Assembly: GCA_040755455.1 (NCBI GenBank)
Contig: JBFMAY010000059.1
Location: 1 to 16,478 of the forward strand
Reading direction: 5' to 3'
Source of the DNA: Thermodesulfobacteriota bacterium
GTDB taxonomy: Bacteria; Desulfobacterota; Desulfobulbia; Desulfobulbales; SURF-16
Length of the DNA: 16,478 nt
A program made the translations under genes and the position numbers. The first letter of the stretch is position 1, and each line of letters opens with the position of its first letter. This document shows positions 1 through 9,123 of this stretch, piece by piece. Under the pieces are notes generated by a model. The model was not told the DNA's origin and did no database searches. It was given only the letters and a program-made list of their open reading frames with translations.

Positions 1-1620
<1,620 letters not shown>

Positions 1621-1661
1621 TTATCTATCAGAAGATAAGTCGTGAAAAATGTAAAACGGTT

Positions 1662-1952
1662 TTATTTCTCAATCACACCAAGGATGTCATCCTCGCGCAT
1701 GATCAGATGGTCTACGCCTTCAACTTTTATGTCAGTTCCGCCATATTTGCTGAACAGGACGAAGTCGCCTTTTTTTACTTCCAGGGCGACCCGCTCGCCT
1801 TTGTCGTTCAGTTTGCCGGAGCCGACAGCAATTACTTCGCCTTCCACCGGTTTTTCTTTGGCGCTGTCAGGGATGATAATACCTCCGGCAGTTTTTGTTT
1901 CACTCTCAAGTCTTTTGACCAGAATACGATCATTCAATGGACGAATTTTCAT
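1662..1952 (-). CDS. groES: Co-chaperonin GroES
   Basis: 96 aa [14 protein letters not shown]...[15 protein letters not shown]...GEVIAVGSG...KYGGT; GGAGG RBS at 1959-1963; directly upstream of groEL. Confidence 0.99.
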   Translation of the reverse strand: MKIRPLNDRILVKRLESETKTAGGIIIPDSAKEKPVEGEVIAVGSGKLNDKGERVALEVKKGDFVLFSKYGGTDIKVEGVDHLIMREDDILGVIEK

Positions 1953-2111
1953 CTAAAACCTCCGTGCTAAATAGATTTGATTTAATTTTTTGGATAACCC
2001 GGGAAAACAGCTCCGAACATACCCCCTACGACTGCGGATATGCCGGATATTGTCAAGCCGCAACCTGAAAAGTCCTGTTGCGAATTGAAAGGACCGGTAA
2101 GGACTATCACG

Positions 2112-2156
2112 AAAAACTAGGAAATCGGACCTTGCAGATAGGCCAATTTCCTAGTT
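2112..2156 (-). terminator. Long hairpin with short U-tail: ilvE terminator or groESL leader/operator element
   Basis: Perfect 11-bp inverted repeat AACTAGGAAAT (2115-2125)/ATTTCCTAGTT (2146-2156). Inner UGG-CCU/AGG-U-CCG pairing extends the stem on the minus strand, which ends in UUUUU. Confidence 0.55.
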
Positions 2157-2162
2157 GGGCAA

Positions 2163-2191
2163 ACAATAGTGACGGGCATTTGAAAAATCAA
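2163..2191 (-). promoter_or_regulatory. Candidate groESL promoter (sigma70-like; CTTGA -35 also compatible with RpoH)
   Basis: Minus strand TTGATT (2191-2186)-N17-TATTGT (2168-2163), with a T9 tract upstream; predicted start near 2156. Confidence 0.5.
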
Positions 2192-2209
2192 GAGAGGCGC
2201 AAAAAAAAA

Positions 2210-3277
2210 TTACAGTTTGACAACCCAGCCATGGGATTCAGGCTGCCGGCCGTGCTGGATGTCCTGTAGTTCAGTGAAAAGCCGCTGGGCGATCTCTCCG
2301 GTCTTGCCGTTATTTACCGAGCAGGTGTTGCCCCTGTAAAAAAGGGAGCCGACCGGTGAAATGACCGCGGCGGTTCCCGTACCAAAGACTTCGTGCAGCA
2401 GGCCGTCTGCGCTGGCGGTAAAAACTTCGTCAATGGCGATGGGCCGCTCCACAACTTTACGGCCCCAGTCGCTGAGAAGCCGGATAACCGAATCCCTGGT
2501 GATGCCGGCGAGAATGCTGCCGGCAAGGGGCGGAGTGATGATCTCGTCACCAATGACAAAAAAGATGTTCATGGTGCCGACCTCTTCGACATATTTTCGA
2601 TGAACCGCGTCCAGCCAGAGGACCTGGGTGAAACCCTGCTGCTGGGCTTCCACCGCCGCCGTGATGCTTGCCGCGTAATTGCCGGCGGTTTTTGCCGTGC
2701 CCACTCCGCCAGGCACCGCCCGGACGTATTTGTCGGTGACGAAGATTTTCACCGGATTAAATCCTTCCGGGTAGTACGCGCCGACCGGGGTCAGGATGAT
2801 GAAGAAGAGGTATTTTTTTGCCGGACGTACGCCAAGCCCCGCCTCGGTGGCAATCATGGTGGGCCGGATGTAGAGCGAGGCGCCCTGTGCATCCGGAACC
2901 CACTCCTGCTCGGTCCGCAACAGGGTCTGCAGGCATTGGAACACTTCATCAACATCAAAGGTCGGCATGCATATGCGGGTGGCTGACATATTCATGCGCG
3001 CCAGGTTATCCTTGGGGCGGAAAAGGAAAATATCATTGTTTTCACCCCGATAGGCCTTGAGCCCTTCAAAGATCGCCTGGCCGTAATGGAAGACCATGGC
3101 GGCGGGATCAAAGGAAAAGTTCTGGTAACGGGTAATCCTGGCATCATGCCAGCCCTGCCCCTTGTCATACTCCATGACAAACATATGGTCGGTAAACAGT
3201 GAGCCGAAGCCGAGGGATTTGCCTTGGGGTTTGGGCTTGAGCTGGGCTGCAGGCACTGTTTCAATGACGATATTCAT
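2210..3277 (-). CDS. ilvE: Branched-chain amino acid aminotransferase (PLP class IV), 355 aa
   Basis: Motifs FTDHM, HYGQAIFEGLKAY, LYIRP, AKTAGNYA (PLP Lys), EEVGTMN, ILAGITRDS, EVFGTGTAAVISP. Start moved from 3358 to ATG 3277 because an AGGAG RBS precedes it. Confidence 0.96.
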   Translation of the reverse strand: MNIVIETVPAAQLKPKPQGKSLGFGSLFTDHMFVMEYDKGQGWHDARITRYQNFSFDPAAMVFHYGQAIFEGLKAYRGENNDIFLFRPKDNLARMNMSATRICMPTFDVDEVFQCLQTLLRTEQEWVPDAQGASLYIRPTMIATEAGLGVRPAKKYLFFIILTPVGAYYPEGFNPVKIFVTDKYVRAVPGGVGTAKTAGNYAASITAAVEAQQQGFTQVLWLDAVHRKYVEEVGTMNIFFVIGDEIITPPLAGSILAGITRDSVIRLLSDWGRKVVERPIAIDEVFTASADGLLHEVFGTGTAAVISPVGSLFYRGNTCSVNNGKTGEIAQRLFTELQDIQHGRQPESHGWVVKL

Positions 3278-3517
3278 AAAAAACTCCTGAGGAAAGGAGG
3301 AAATCTTTGTGGCGGGGACAATAGGAAATTTGCCGCCCCTGCATATTCCTCTGTACAAAAAAAAATGTTCTGATAGATATGTCTATTATAATTAATAAAG
3401 TACAATGAGCTTGTTCAACGCCTTCTTATGCGGATGACAGCATAAGATCTGTTAATATAGCTGATTCTCTCCGCCTTTGAAACAACTTATTTTCATATTC
3501 CCGGTCATGGAAGAGAC

Positions 3518-4609
3518 ATGAGAAAGCAGCAGCCAAGCCCCATAGTTCTGCTTTATTTTCTGAGCCTGATGCTGCTGGCCACTGTTCTGATGGGCTGGCT
3601 GTTGTGGCCTTTTGTCTCGAGTATCATTCTCTCCTACCTGCTGGCCACGATTTTTGACCCGATTTATCTCTATCTCAAGCAGAGAATGTCCGCGCAATTT
3701 TCCTCGCTGGTTACCTGCGCGCTCATTGTCTTGCTGATTTTCGTGCCGGTGATTCTTTTTGTCGGAGCCCTGTCTAAAGAAGCCTATGCCCTTTTTCAGT
3801 TGACCAAGGGCACGGATCTGGCGGCGAAATTCAATGCCTTCGTTGAAGGCAGCGCCCTGCTTGCCGGGTTCAAGGAACTGCTCGCCGGTTACGGGATCAG
3901 GCTCGAGGTGGCCGCGCTGGGCGACGAGCTGGCAAAGTTCGGCGGCATGTTCGCGCTTTTTGTCTATAACCAGGCCAGCGCCTGGGCGGGCAATATTCTC
4001 AATTTTATTTTTAATTTTTTCATGATGGTTATCATCATTTTTTTTCTGCTCATGGACCGCAGCCGGTTGCTTAATTACATTATGCAGCTTTCGCCGCTGC
4101 CGGACGAGCATGAGAGGCGGCTGATCGCGAAGTTTGAAGAGATCAGCAAGGCCATTCTCATCGGCAACGGGACATGCGGCCTGATTCAGGGTGTGGCGGG
4201 CGGCCTGGTCTTTGCTTTTTTGGGATTTTCCTCGCCGGTTATCTGGGGAGTGGTGATGGGAATTCTGGCCTTTCTGCCCATTGTCGGCATCGCTCTGGTC
4301 ATGTGGCCGGCAATTTTCTATCTGCTGCTGCAGGGCAACGTGGCGCACGGACTTGCCTTGATTGCTGTGTATATCTTTCTCACCTTGTTCGTGGAGTACA
4401 TGCTCAAGACGAAGCTGGTGGGCGGCACGGTAAAAATGCACTTACTGCTCGTATTTCTAGCCATCATCGGCGGGCTGCAGGTGTTCGGGGTGATGGGCAT
4501 TATCTATGGGCCGATGATTGTCACCGGCTTTCTCACCCTGGCGGATATCTATATGATGAATTATGACGAGTGCGTGAAAAACTCTGACTATTGGCAGGGA
4601 AAACATTAA
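3518..4609 (+). CDS. AI-2E (PerM/YdiK-like) family membrane transporter
   Basis: 363 aa, about 8 hydrophobic segments. Family-typical C-terminal pattern AFLPIVG...MHLLLVFLAIIGGLQVFGVMGIIYGPMI. Confidence 0.9.
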   Translation: MRKQQPSPIVLLYFLSLMLLATVLMGWLLWPFVSSIILSYLLATIFDPIYLYLKQRMSAQFSSLVTCALIVLLIFVPVILFVGALSKEAYALFQLTKGTDLAAKFNAFVEGSALLAGFKELLAGYGIRLEVAALGDELAKFGGMFALFVYNQASAWAGNILNFIFNFFMMVIIIFFLLMDRSRLLNYIMQLSPLPDEHERRLIAKFEEISKAILIGNGTCGLIQGVAGGLVFAFLGFSSPVIWGVVMGILAFLPIVGIALVMWPAIFYLLLQGNVAHGLALIAVYIFLTLFVEYMLKTKLVGGTVKMHLLLVFLAIIGGLQVFGVMGIIYGPMIVTGFLTLADIYMMNYDECVKNSDYWQGKH

Positions 4610-4649
4610 TTTTTTTACTTTTACGCAGCACGCCCGGGAAAATCCTCCA

Positions 4650-7600
4650 ATGAACCGCGACCCGATTGAACAGAAATTGCTTGCGGACCAGGTAGAGCAG
4701 CTTTATTCGGCTTTGAAAGCGAGTATGCTGGCCAACCTGCTCAATTCAGTTATTCTTGCCGCCGTTCTTCTCGATGTCAGTTCTCTTTTCCCTCTTCTGC
4801 TCTGGGTTGCCGCTGTTCTCGCCATTTCTCTCGGGCGCTTTGTTCTGTATAAGCTCTATTGCCGTTGGGTCCGGGACAGAAAATTTCCGGCGGCCCGATG
4901 GGGGCTATGGTTTAATGCCGGTTTATTGATTTCCGGCATTGTCTGGGGATTTGCCGGTATTTATTTTTTCCCGCTGTATTCAACTCCCCATCAGATTTTC
5001 ATCGCCTTTGTCCTGGGCGGCATGGTTGCCGGAGCCTCAGCCTCCACTGCCGCTGTCAAAAATGTCTTTTTTCTGTACCTGGTTCCTGTGCTTGCCCCGC
5101 TTACCTGCAGATTTTTCCTGGTTGGCGATGAGATCCACACGGCAATGGGCATTATGCTGCTGGTGTACATCCTCGGTTGCGTGCTCCTCTCCCAGGAGGT
5201 CTTCCGCATCATCCGCAAGTCGTTATTGCTAGGTTATGAGAATGAGCAGGAGATCAGGGAGCGGCGCAAGGCTGAGGGTGAGCTCAGAAAGCATCAGGAG
5301 AGGCTGGAAAGTATCGTCGGCGCCCGGACCCTTGAACTGCAGAAAAAGAATGCTGAACTCAATGAAGAAATTGCCGAACGCAGCAAGGCTGAAAAACAGT
5401 TGCTTCTTGAAAAGGACAAGCTGGAGATAGTCACCGAGAACATGGGCGTTGGGCTGCGCATTATTGCCAGGGATTACCGCATCCTGTGGGCCAATAAAAT
5501 CCTCATGGCTGTGTTTGGCGATGTGACGGGCAAGCACTGCTACCAGATCTTTAACCGCCAGGAGGATATCTGCGCCTTTTGCGGGATGAAACAGATGCTC
5601 GAAACAGGGGTTGCCGGAGCCCGCACGGAAGTTGAGGGCACTGACAAGGACGGCAATCCGGTCTACTCGGAGATCATCGCCACCCCCCTCTACGATGAGC
5701 AGGGCAACATTGTCTCCGTCCTTGAGGTTGTGCTGCCGATCACCGAAAGCAGGCGGCGGGAAAAAATCCTCGGCGAGCTTCTAGGTTTGTCGAAAATTCT
5801 CAGCAGCACGGTGGATCTGCAGACCATCTACCGCCAGGTAATCAGTCTGGCGCAGGGATTTCTTCGCTTTGATTTCTCAACCGTGATGATTCTCACCCAG
5901 GAAAAGCATGCCTTGATTCCCACGGATACCCTGGGCTTTCCGCAGTCGATAATCGGCGCTGTCATGGTCCTCGGAGAGCTGGGTTTGGCAACCTATGTCG
6001 TCCAGGAAAAGAAAGCAGCGTCCGTGGTCGATTTCAAAACGGAGCAGCGCTTTACCGTGCCATCCTTCATAGAGAAGTATCATATATCATCCGCCCTGGG
6101 CGTACCCATGATGATCGGCGATGAGGTGTTCGGGGTTCTGGTCGGCCATACCCTGCAGCACAGAGAATTCACCGAGGCGGAGGTGTCATTATATCAGACC
6201 ATGGCCAATCAGGCCGCGGTGGCCATAAAAAACGCCATGCATTTTCACTCGCTTGAGGTCTCGGAAAAAAAATTCCGCACTCTTTTTGACAGTACCCATG
6301 ATGCGATCATGATTTATGACATGCAGGGTGCGTTAATTGAGGTGAACAAGGTTGCCTGTGATCGCCTGGGATATTGCCGCGAAGAACTGCTGCAGATGAA
6401 ACCAGGCCAGTTTGTCGCGCCGCGGTACGCAGCGCTCGTCCCGGAACGGATACAGCTATTAAAAGAGGTTGAGAAGGCAATTATCGAGACAGCCCATGTC
6501 TGCAAAGACGGCTCCGTTGTGCCCATCGAGTTGAGCCTGCAACGGATTGAATATGAGAATAGGCCGGCGCTGCTGGGAGTGGCCCGGGACATTTCCGAGC
6601 GGAAAAAATGGGAGGAGGAGCGGTTGCGCACCCAGAAGCTTGAGTCAGTCGGGGTGCTTGCCGGGGGAATTGCCCATGACTTCAATAACCTGCTCACCGG
6701 CATTCTCGCCAATATCAGCCTGGCCAAACTTGCTGTCGAGGGGGATGCCGTGATCCGCGAGTCACTTGCCGATACGGAAAAAGCGGCCTTGCGGGCCCGG
6801 GATCTCACCCAGCAGCTGCTTACCTTTTCAAAAGGCGGCGCGCCGGTGAAAAGCCCCTCATCCATCGTTGAGATTATCAAGGATTCAGCAAGTTTTGCCA
6901 TACGCGGTTCCCGCTCCGTCTGTGCCTATGATTTTGCCGGCAACCTGTGGTTCATCAACGCGGACAGGGGGCAGATGAGCCAGGTTTTCCAGAATCTGGT
7001 CATTAACGCCTCGCAGTCGATGCCTGAAGGAGGCGTGATAGCGATCCGGGCGCGCAATGTGGAACTGCAAAAAGGTGCGGTGCCGCCGCTGGCGGCGGGG
7101 AAATATGTTGAAATCGCGGTGCAGGACCATGGCACCGGCATCGACAAAATGCATCGGGAAAAGATATTCGACCCCTATTTTTCCACCAAACGGACCGGCA
7201 GCGGCCTGGGGCTCGCCGTGGTCTATTCAATCATAAAAAATCATGGCGGACATATCAGTCTGCAGTCGGAAACAGGGCAGGGGACAACCTTCACCCTGTT
7301 TATCCCCGCCATTGTCCCGGCAAAGCAGGAGGAGCAGCCCGCTGATGACAAGGTGTTCACCGGCCAGGGCAAGGTGCTCTTCATGGATGATGAGCCATTC
7401 ATCCGGGACGTGGCGATGCAGATCCTGCAAAAATTGGGCTTTGAGCCCCATCTTGCCCGTGATGGCGGCGAAGTGGTGCAACTGTATAAAAAGGCCAGGG
7501 AAGAGGGAAAACCCTTTGTCGTCGTGATTATGGATTTGACGGTTCCTGGGGGGATGGGGGGCGGCGAGGCCATGGAAAAACTGCTGGCCATCGACCCTGC

Positions 7601-7748
7601 TGTCACCGCCATTGTCTCCAGCGGCTATGCCAACGACCCGATCATGGCAAATTATGAAAAATTCGGTTTTAAAGGGGTTGTGCCCAAACCGTTTACCGTC
7701 CCGCAGCTGAGCAGGGTTCTCTATCAGGTGCTGGGCCGGTCTGTCTGA
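4650..7748 (+). CDS. Membrane-bound hybrid sensor histidine kinase (5-6 TM, coiled coil, PAS, GAF, PAS, HisKA, HATPase, REC)
   Basis: H-box LAGGIAHDFNNLL, N-box QVFQNLVINA, G1 DHGTGI, F-box IFDPYFSTK, G2 GSGLGL. Receiver VLFMDDE...MDLTVPG...SSGY...PKPF. GAF-like LGVPM...VFGVL...MANQAAVAIKNA. Confidence 0.95.
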   Translation: MNRDPIEQKLLADQVEQLYSALKASMLANLLNSVILAAVLLDVSSLFPLLLWVAAVLAISLGRFVLYKLYCRWVRDRKFPAARWGLWFNAGLLISGIVWGFAGIYFFPLYSTPHQIFIAFVLGGMVAGASASTAAVKNVFFLYLVPVLAPLTCRFFLVGDEIHTAMGIMLLVYILGCVLLSQEVFRIIRKSLLLGYENEQEIRERRKAEGELRKHQERLESIVGARTLELQKKNAELNEEIAERSKAEKQLLLEKDKLEIVTENMGVGLRIIARDYRILWANKILMAVFGDVTGKHCYQIFNRQEDICAFCGMKQMLETGVAGARTEVEGTDKDGNPVYSEIIATPLYDEQGNIVSVLEVVLPITESRRREKILGELLGLSKILSSTVDLQTIYRQVISLAQGFLRFDFSTVMILTQEKHALIPTDTLGFPQSIIGAVMVLGELGLATYVVQEKKAASVVDFKTEQRFTVPSFIEKYHISSALGVPMMIGDEVFGVLVGHTLQHREFTEAEVSLYQTMANQAAVAIKNAMHFHSLEVSEKKFRTLFDSTHDAIMIYDMQGALIEVNKVACDRLGYCREELLQMKPGQFVAPRYAALVPERIQLLKEVEKAIIETAHVCKDGSVVPIELSLQRIEYENRPALLGVARDISERKKWEEERLRTQKLESVGVLAGGIAHDFNNLLTGILANISLAKLAVEGDAVIRESLADTEKAALRARDLTQQLLTFSKGGAPVKSPSSIVEIIKDSASFAIRGSRSVCAYDFAGNLWFINADRGQMSQVFQNLVINASQSMPEGGVIAIRARNVELQKGAVPPLAAGKYVEIAVQDHGTGIDKMHREKIFDPYFSTKRTGSGLGLAVVYSIIKNHGGHISLQSETGQGTTFTLFIPAIVPAKQEEQPADDKVFTGQGKVLFMDDEPFIRDVAMQILQKLGFEPHLARDGGEVVQLYKKAREEGKPFVVVIMDLTVPGGMGGGEAMEKLLAIDPAVTAIVSSGYANDPIMANYEKFGFKGVVPKPFTVPQLSRVLYQVLGRSV

Positions 7749-7782
7749 AGAAATCCGGACAGGCCAGCACGGCGGGGCCCTG

Positions 7783-8205
7783 TTATTCCTCAGTCCCGTG
7801 GCTCCCCCTGATCTGCTTGGTGAGGCTGCGCCGTTTCTTGGCCGCCAGCCGGCGCTGTTTTGCCGCGGTGGAGGGTTTGGTCGGCCGTCTGGCCTTTGGT
7901 CGCATGGCCGCCAGGCGCAGCAGCCGGGCCAGCCTGTGCAACGCCTCATCTCTGTTTCTCTTCTGACTCCGGTACTCCTGGGCCTCGATGGTCAGCATGC
8001 CGTCTTTGCTCAGGCGGGAGCCGGCCAATCGGCACAGGCGGTTTTTTATCTCGACAGATAAGGATGGCGAGTTCTGCACGTCGAAGCGCAGCTGCACCGC
8101 GGTGGCCGAGCGGTTAACGTGCTGGCCGCCGGGCCCGGAGGCGCGGATGAAGGAAAAATGGATTTCCCGCATGGGGATGATGAGGGTGTCGGTGATGATC
8201 AGCAT
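7783..8205 (-). CDS. arfB: Alternative ribosome rescue peptidyl-tRNA hydrolase ArfB (YaeJ)
   Basis: 140 aa with FIRASGPGGQHVN (GGQ motif), RSQKRNR and a basic C-terminal tail RRPTKPS..AKQRRLAAKKRR. Confidence 0.95.
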   Translation of the reverse strand: MLIITDTLIIPMREIHFSFIRASGPGGQHVNRSATAVQLRFDVQNSPSLSVEIKNRLCRLAGSRLSKDGMLTIEAQEYRSQKRNRDEALHRLARLLRLAAMRPKARRPTKPSTAAKQRRLAAKKRRSLTKQIRGSHGTEE

Positions 8206-8262
8206 GTGAGCGCTCTGTTGCCGCCGGTTTGTCCTGCCGTATCACAAAAGATAGGCAGGGCG

Positions 8263-8529
8263 TCAGCAGTAATAGCGGCCCTTCAGCGGGCAGGCGTCGA
8301 GTTCCGGGCAGGCAGCGCAAACCGCATAACGCACCTGATCCTCGGCCCCCCAGAGGCCTTCGGCGGTTAACGCGCATTTGCGGCTGCATTCATTACAGGA
8401 TACCGGCTCCCCGTCACGGATTTTCTGCCAGCCGGCCTTGAGCAAGGACTCTGTTGATTTGCTATTGCAGGTGCCGCAGAGATGATAAAACAACGTCTCG
8501 TTATCCGTTTTCCGTTTCCATGTCGGCAA
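8263..8529 (-). CDS. Hypothetical small Cys-rich protein (88 aa, 9 Cys), possible metal or Fe-S binder
   Basis: TTG start after a G8 run. Patterns CxxC, CxxCxxxC, CxxCx5C and a C-terminal Cys. Fills the gap between the hesB-like gene and arfB on the same strand without overlap. Confidence 0.65.
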   Translation of the reverse strand: MPTWKRKTDNETLFYHLCGTCNSKSTESLLKAGWQKIRDGEPVSCNECSRKCALTAEGLWGAEDQVRYAVCAACPELDACPLKGRYYC

Positions 8530-8575
8530 TGGGCCGGCCCCCCCCTAGGCGGTTTGTCAGAAAAATCATGCGGCA

Positions 8576-8609
8576 CAGATAACACCGGGATTTCTCCCGG
8601 TGTTATCTG
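8576..8609 (-). other. Perfect 15-bp hairpin with GAAA tetraloop (terminator or mRNA stability element)
   Basis: CAGATAACACCGGGA (8576-8590)-TTTC-TCCCGGTGTTATCTG (8595-8609). The loop reads GAAA on the minus strand; about 47 nt downstream of the hesB-like stop. Confidence 0.75.
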
Positions 8610-8655
8610 CAACAATGGCCACTTTCTTATCTTTTACCGAGGATCACGCTAAAAA

Positions 8656-9003
8656 TCAACCGCAAGATGAGCAGGAACCGCCGCAGCTCCCCTGGGCCTT
8701 GGGCAGGGGGTTGGCGGAGTGCACGGAAAAGCCTCCTCCTCCTCCGCAACCGCAGCCCGAGCCTTTTTGCTCGACAAAATCCACCGTGACCGAGCCAAGC
8801 AGCGCCAGCAGGCCTTGGTCGATGATGAGTTCCACCTCGCCTTTGACCAGCGAGGTGTCGCCGGCCTTTTTCTCATCCAGCGACAGCACCAGGGACTGGC
8901 CGCTGCAGCTGTTCATGGCCGCCACCCGTACCGCGGAATTGAGATTATTCTGGTCAAGGTATTGCTTCAGTTTTTCGTTTGCCATTTGGGTCATTTCCAG
9001 CAT
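8656..9003 (-). CDS. IscA/HesB-like protein (deltaproteobacterial type, Cys form), 115 aa
   Basis: MLEMTQMANEKLKQY...VRV...SCSGQSLVLSLDE...IIDQGLL...VTVDFV...GGFSV..., C-terminal CGGSCSSCG. ATG 9003 with AGAGGAG RBS. Confidence 0.85.
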   Translation of the reverse strand: MLEMTQMANEKLKQYLDQNNLNSAVRVAAMNSCSGQSLVLSLDEKKAGDTSLVKGEVELIIDQGLLALLGSVTVDFVEQKGSGCGCGGGGGFSVHSANPLPKAQGSCGGSCSSCG

Positions 9004-9034
9004 GGTTTTGTCTCCTCTGATCAAAAAAGGTTGT

Positions 9035-9123
9035 TTAGGTAATAAAAGGTAATGAGGTGATTAGTGGTTTAGGGGATTAGGTGTTCAGGGGTTTAGTCTG
9101 TAAGCCTAAATACCTACAGACTA
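9035..9123. repeat. Degenerate 8-bp tandem repeat (consensus TTAGGKGW) plus a 9-bp inverted repeat over the mvhD stop codon
   Basis: AG recurs at 9047, 9055, 9063, 9071, 9079, 9087, 9095 and 9103. Units AAAGGTAA TGAGGTGA TTAGTGGT TTAGGGGA TTAGGTGT TCAGGGGT TTAGTCTG. Inverted repeat TAGTCTGTA (9094-9102)/TACAGACTA (9115-9123). Confidence 0.8.

Noticed and set aside
1962..1970. TTAGCAC resembling a CIRCE left arm next to the groES RBS
   Set aside because: Only 7 of 9 bases match and there is no GAGTGCTAA arm at 9-nt spacing.
2030..2057. Perfect TTGACA on the minus strand upstream of groES
   Set aside because: No acceptable -10 element (sigma70 or RpoH type) at 16-18 nt.
1982..2110. 42-codon GTG-started minus-strand ORF in the groES leader
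   Set aside because: No SD and no recognisable features; this length is expected by chance.
3452..4441. 329-aa minus-strand ORF
   Set aside because: Antisense to the well-supported AI-2E transporter.
7749..7782. Bidirectional terminator between the converging kinase and arfB
   Set aside because: Only a weak interrupted stem (ACAGG/CCTGT) and no U-tract on either strand.
8644..8658. TGA ending the hesB-like gene read as selenocysteine
   Set aside because: Read-through adds only FLA before another TGA; the Cys-rich tail is a natural family C-terminus; no adjacent SECIS-like stem.
9035..9110. Octamer tract as a CRISPR array or telomere-like repeat
   Set aside because: No 23-47-bp repeats with unique spacers; units are degenerate 8-mers, not TTAGGG hexamers.
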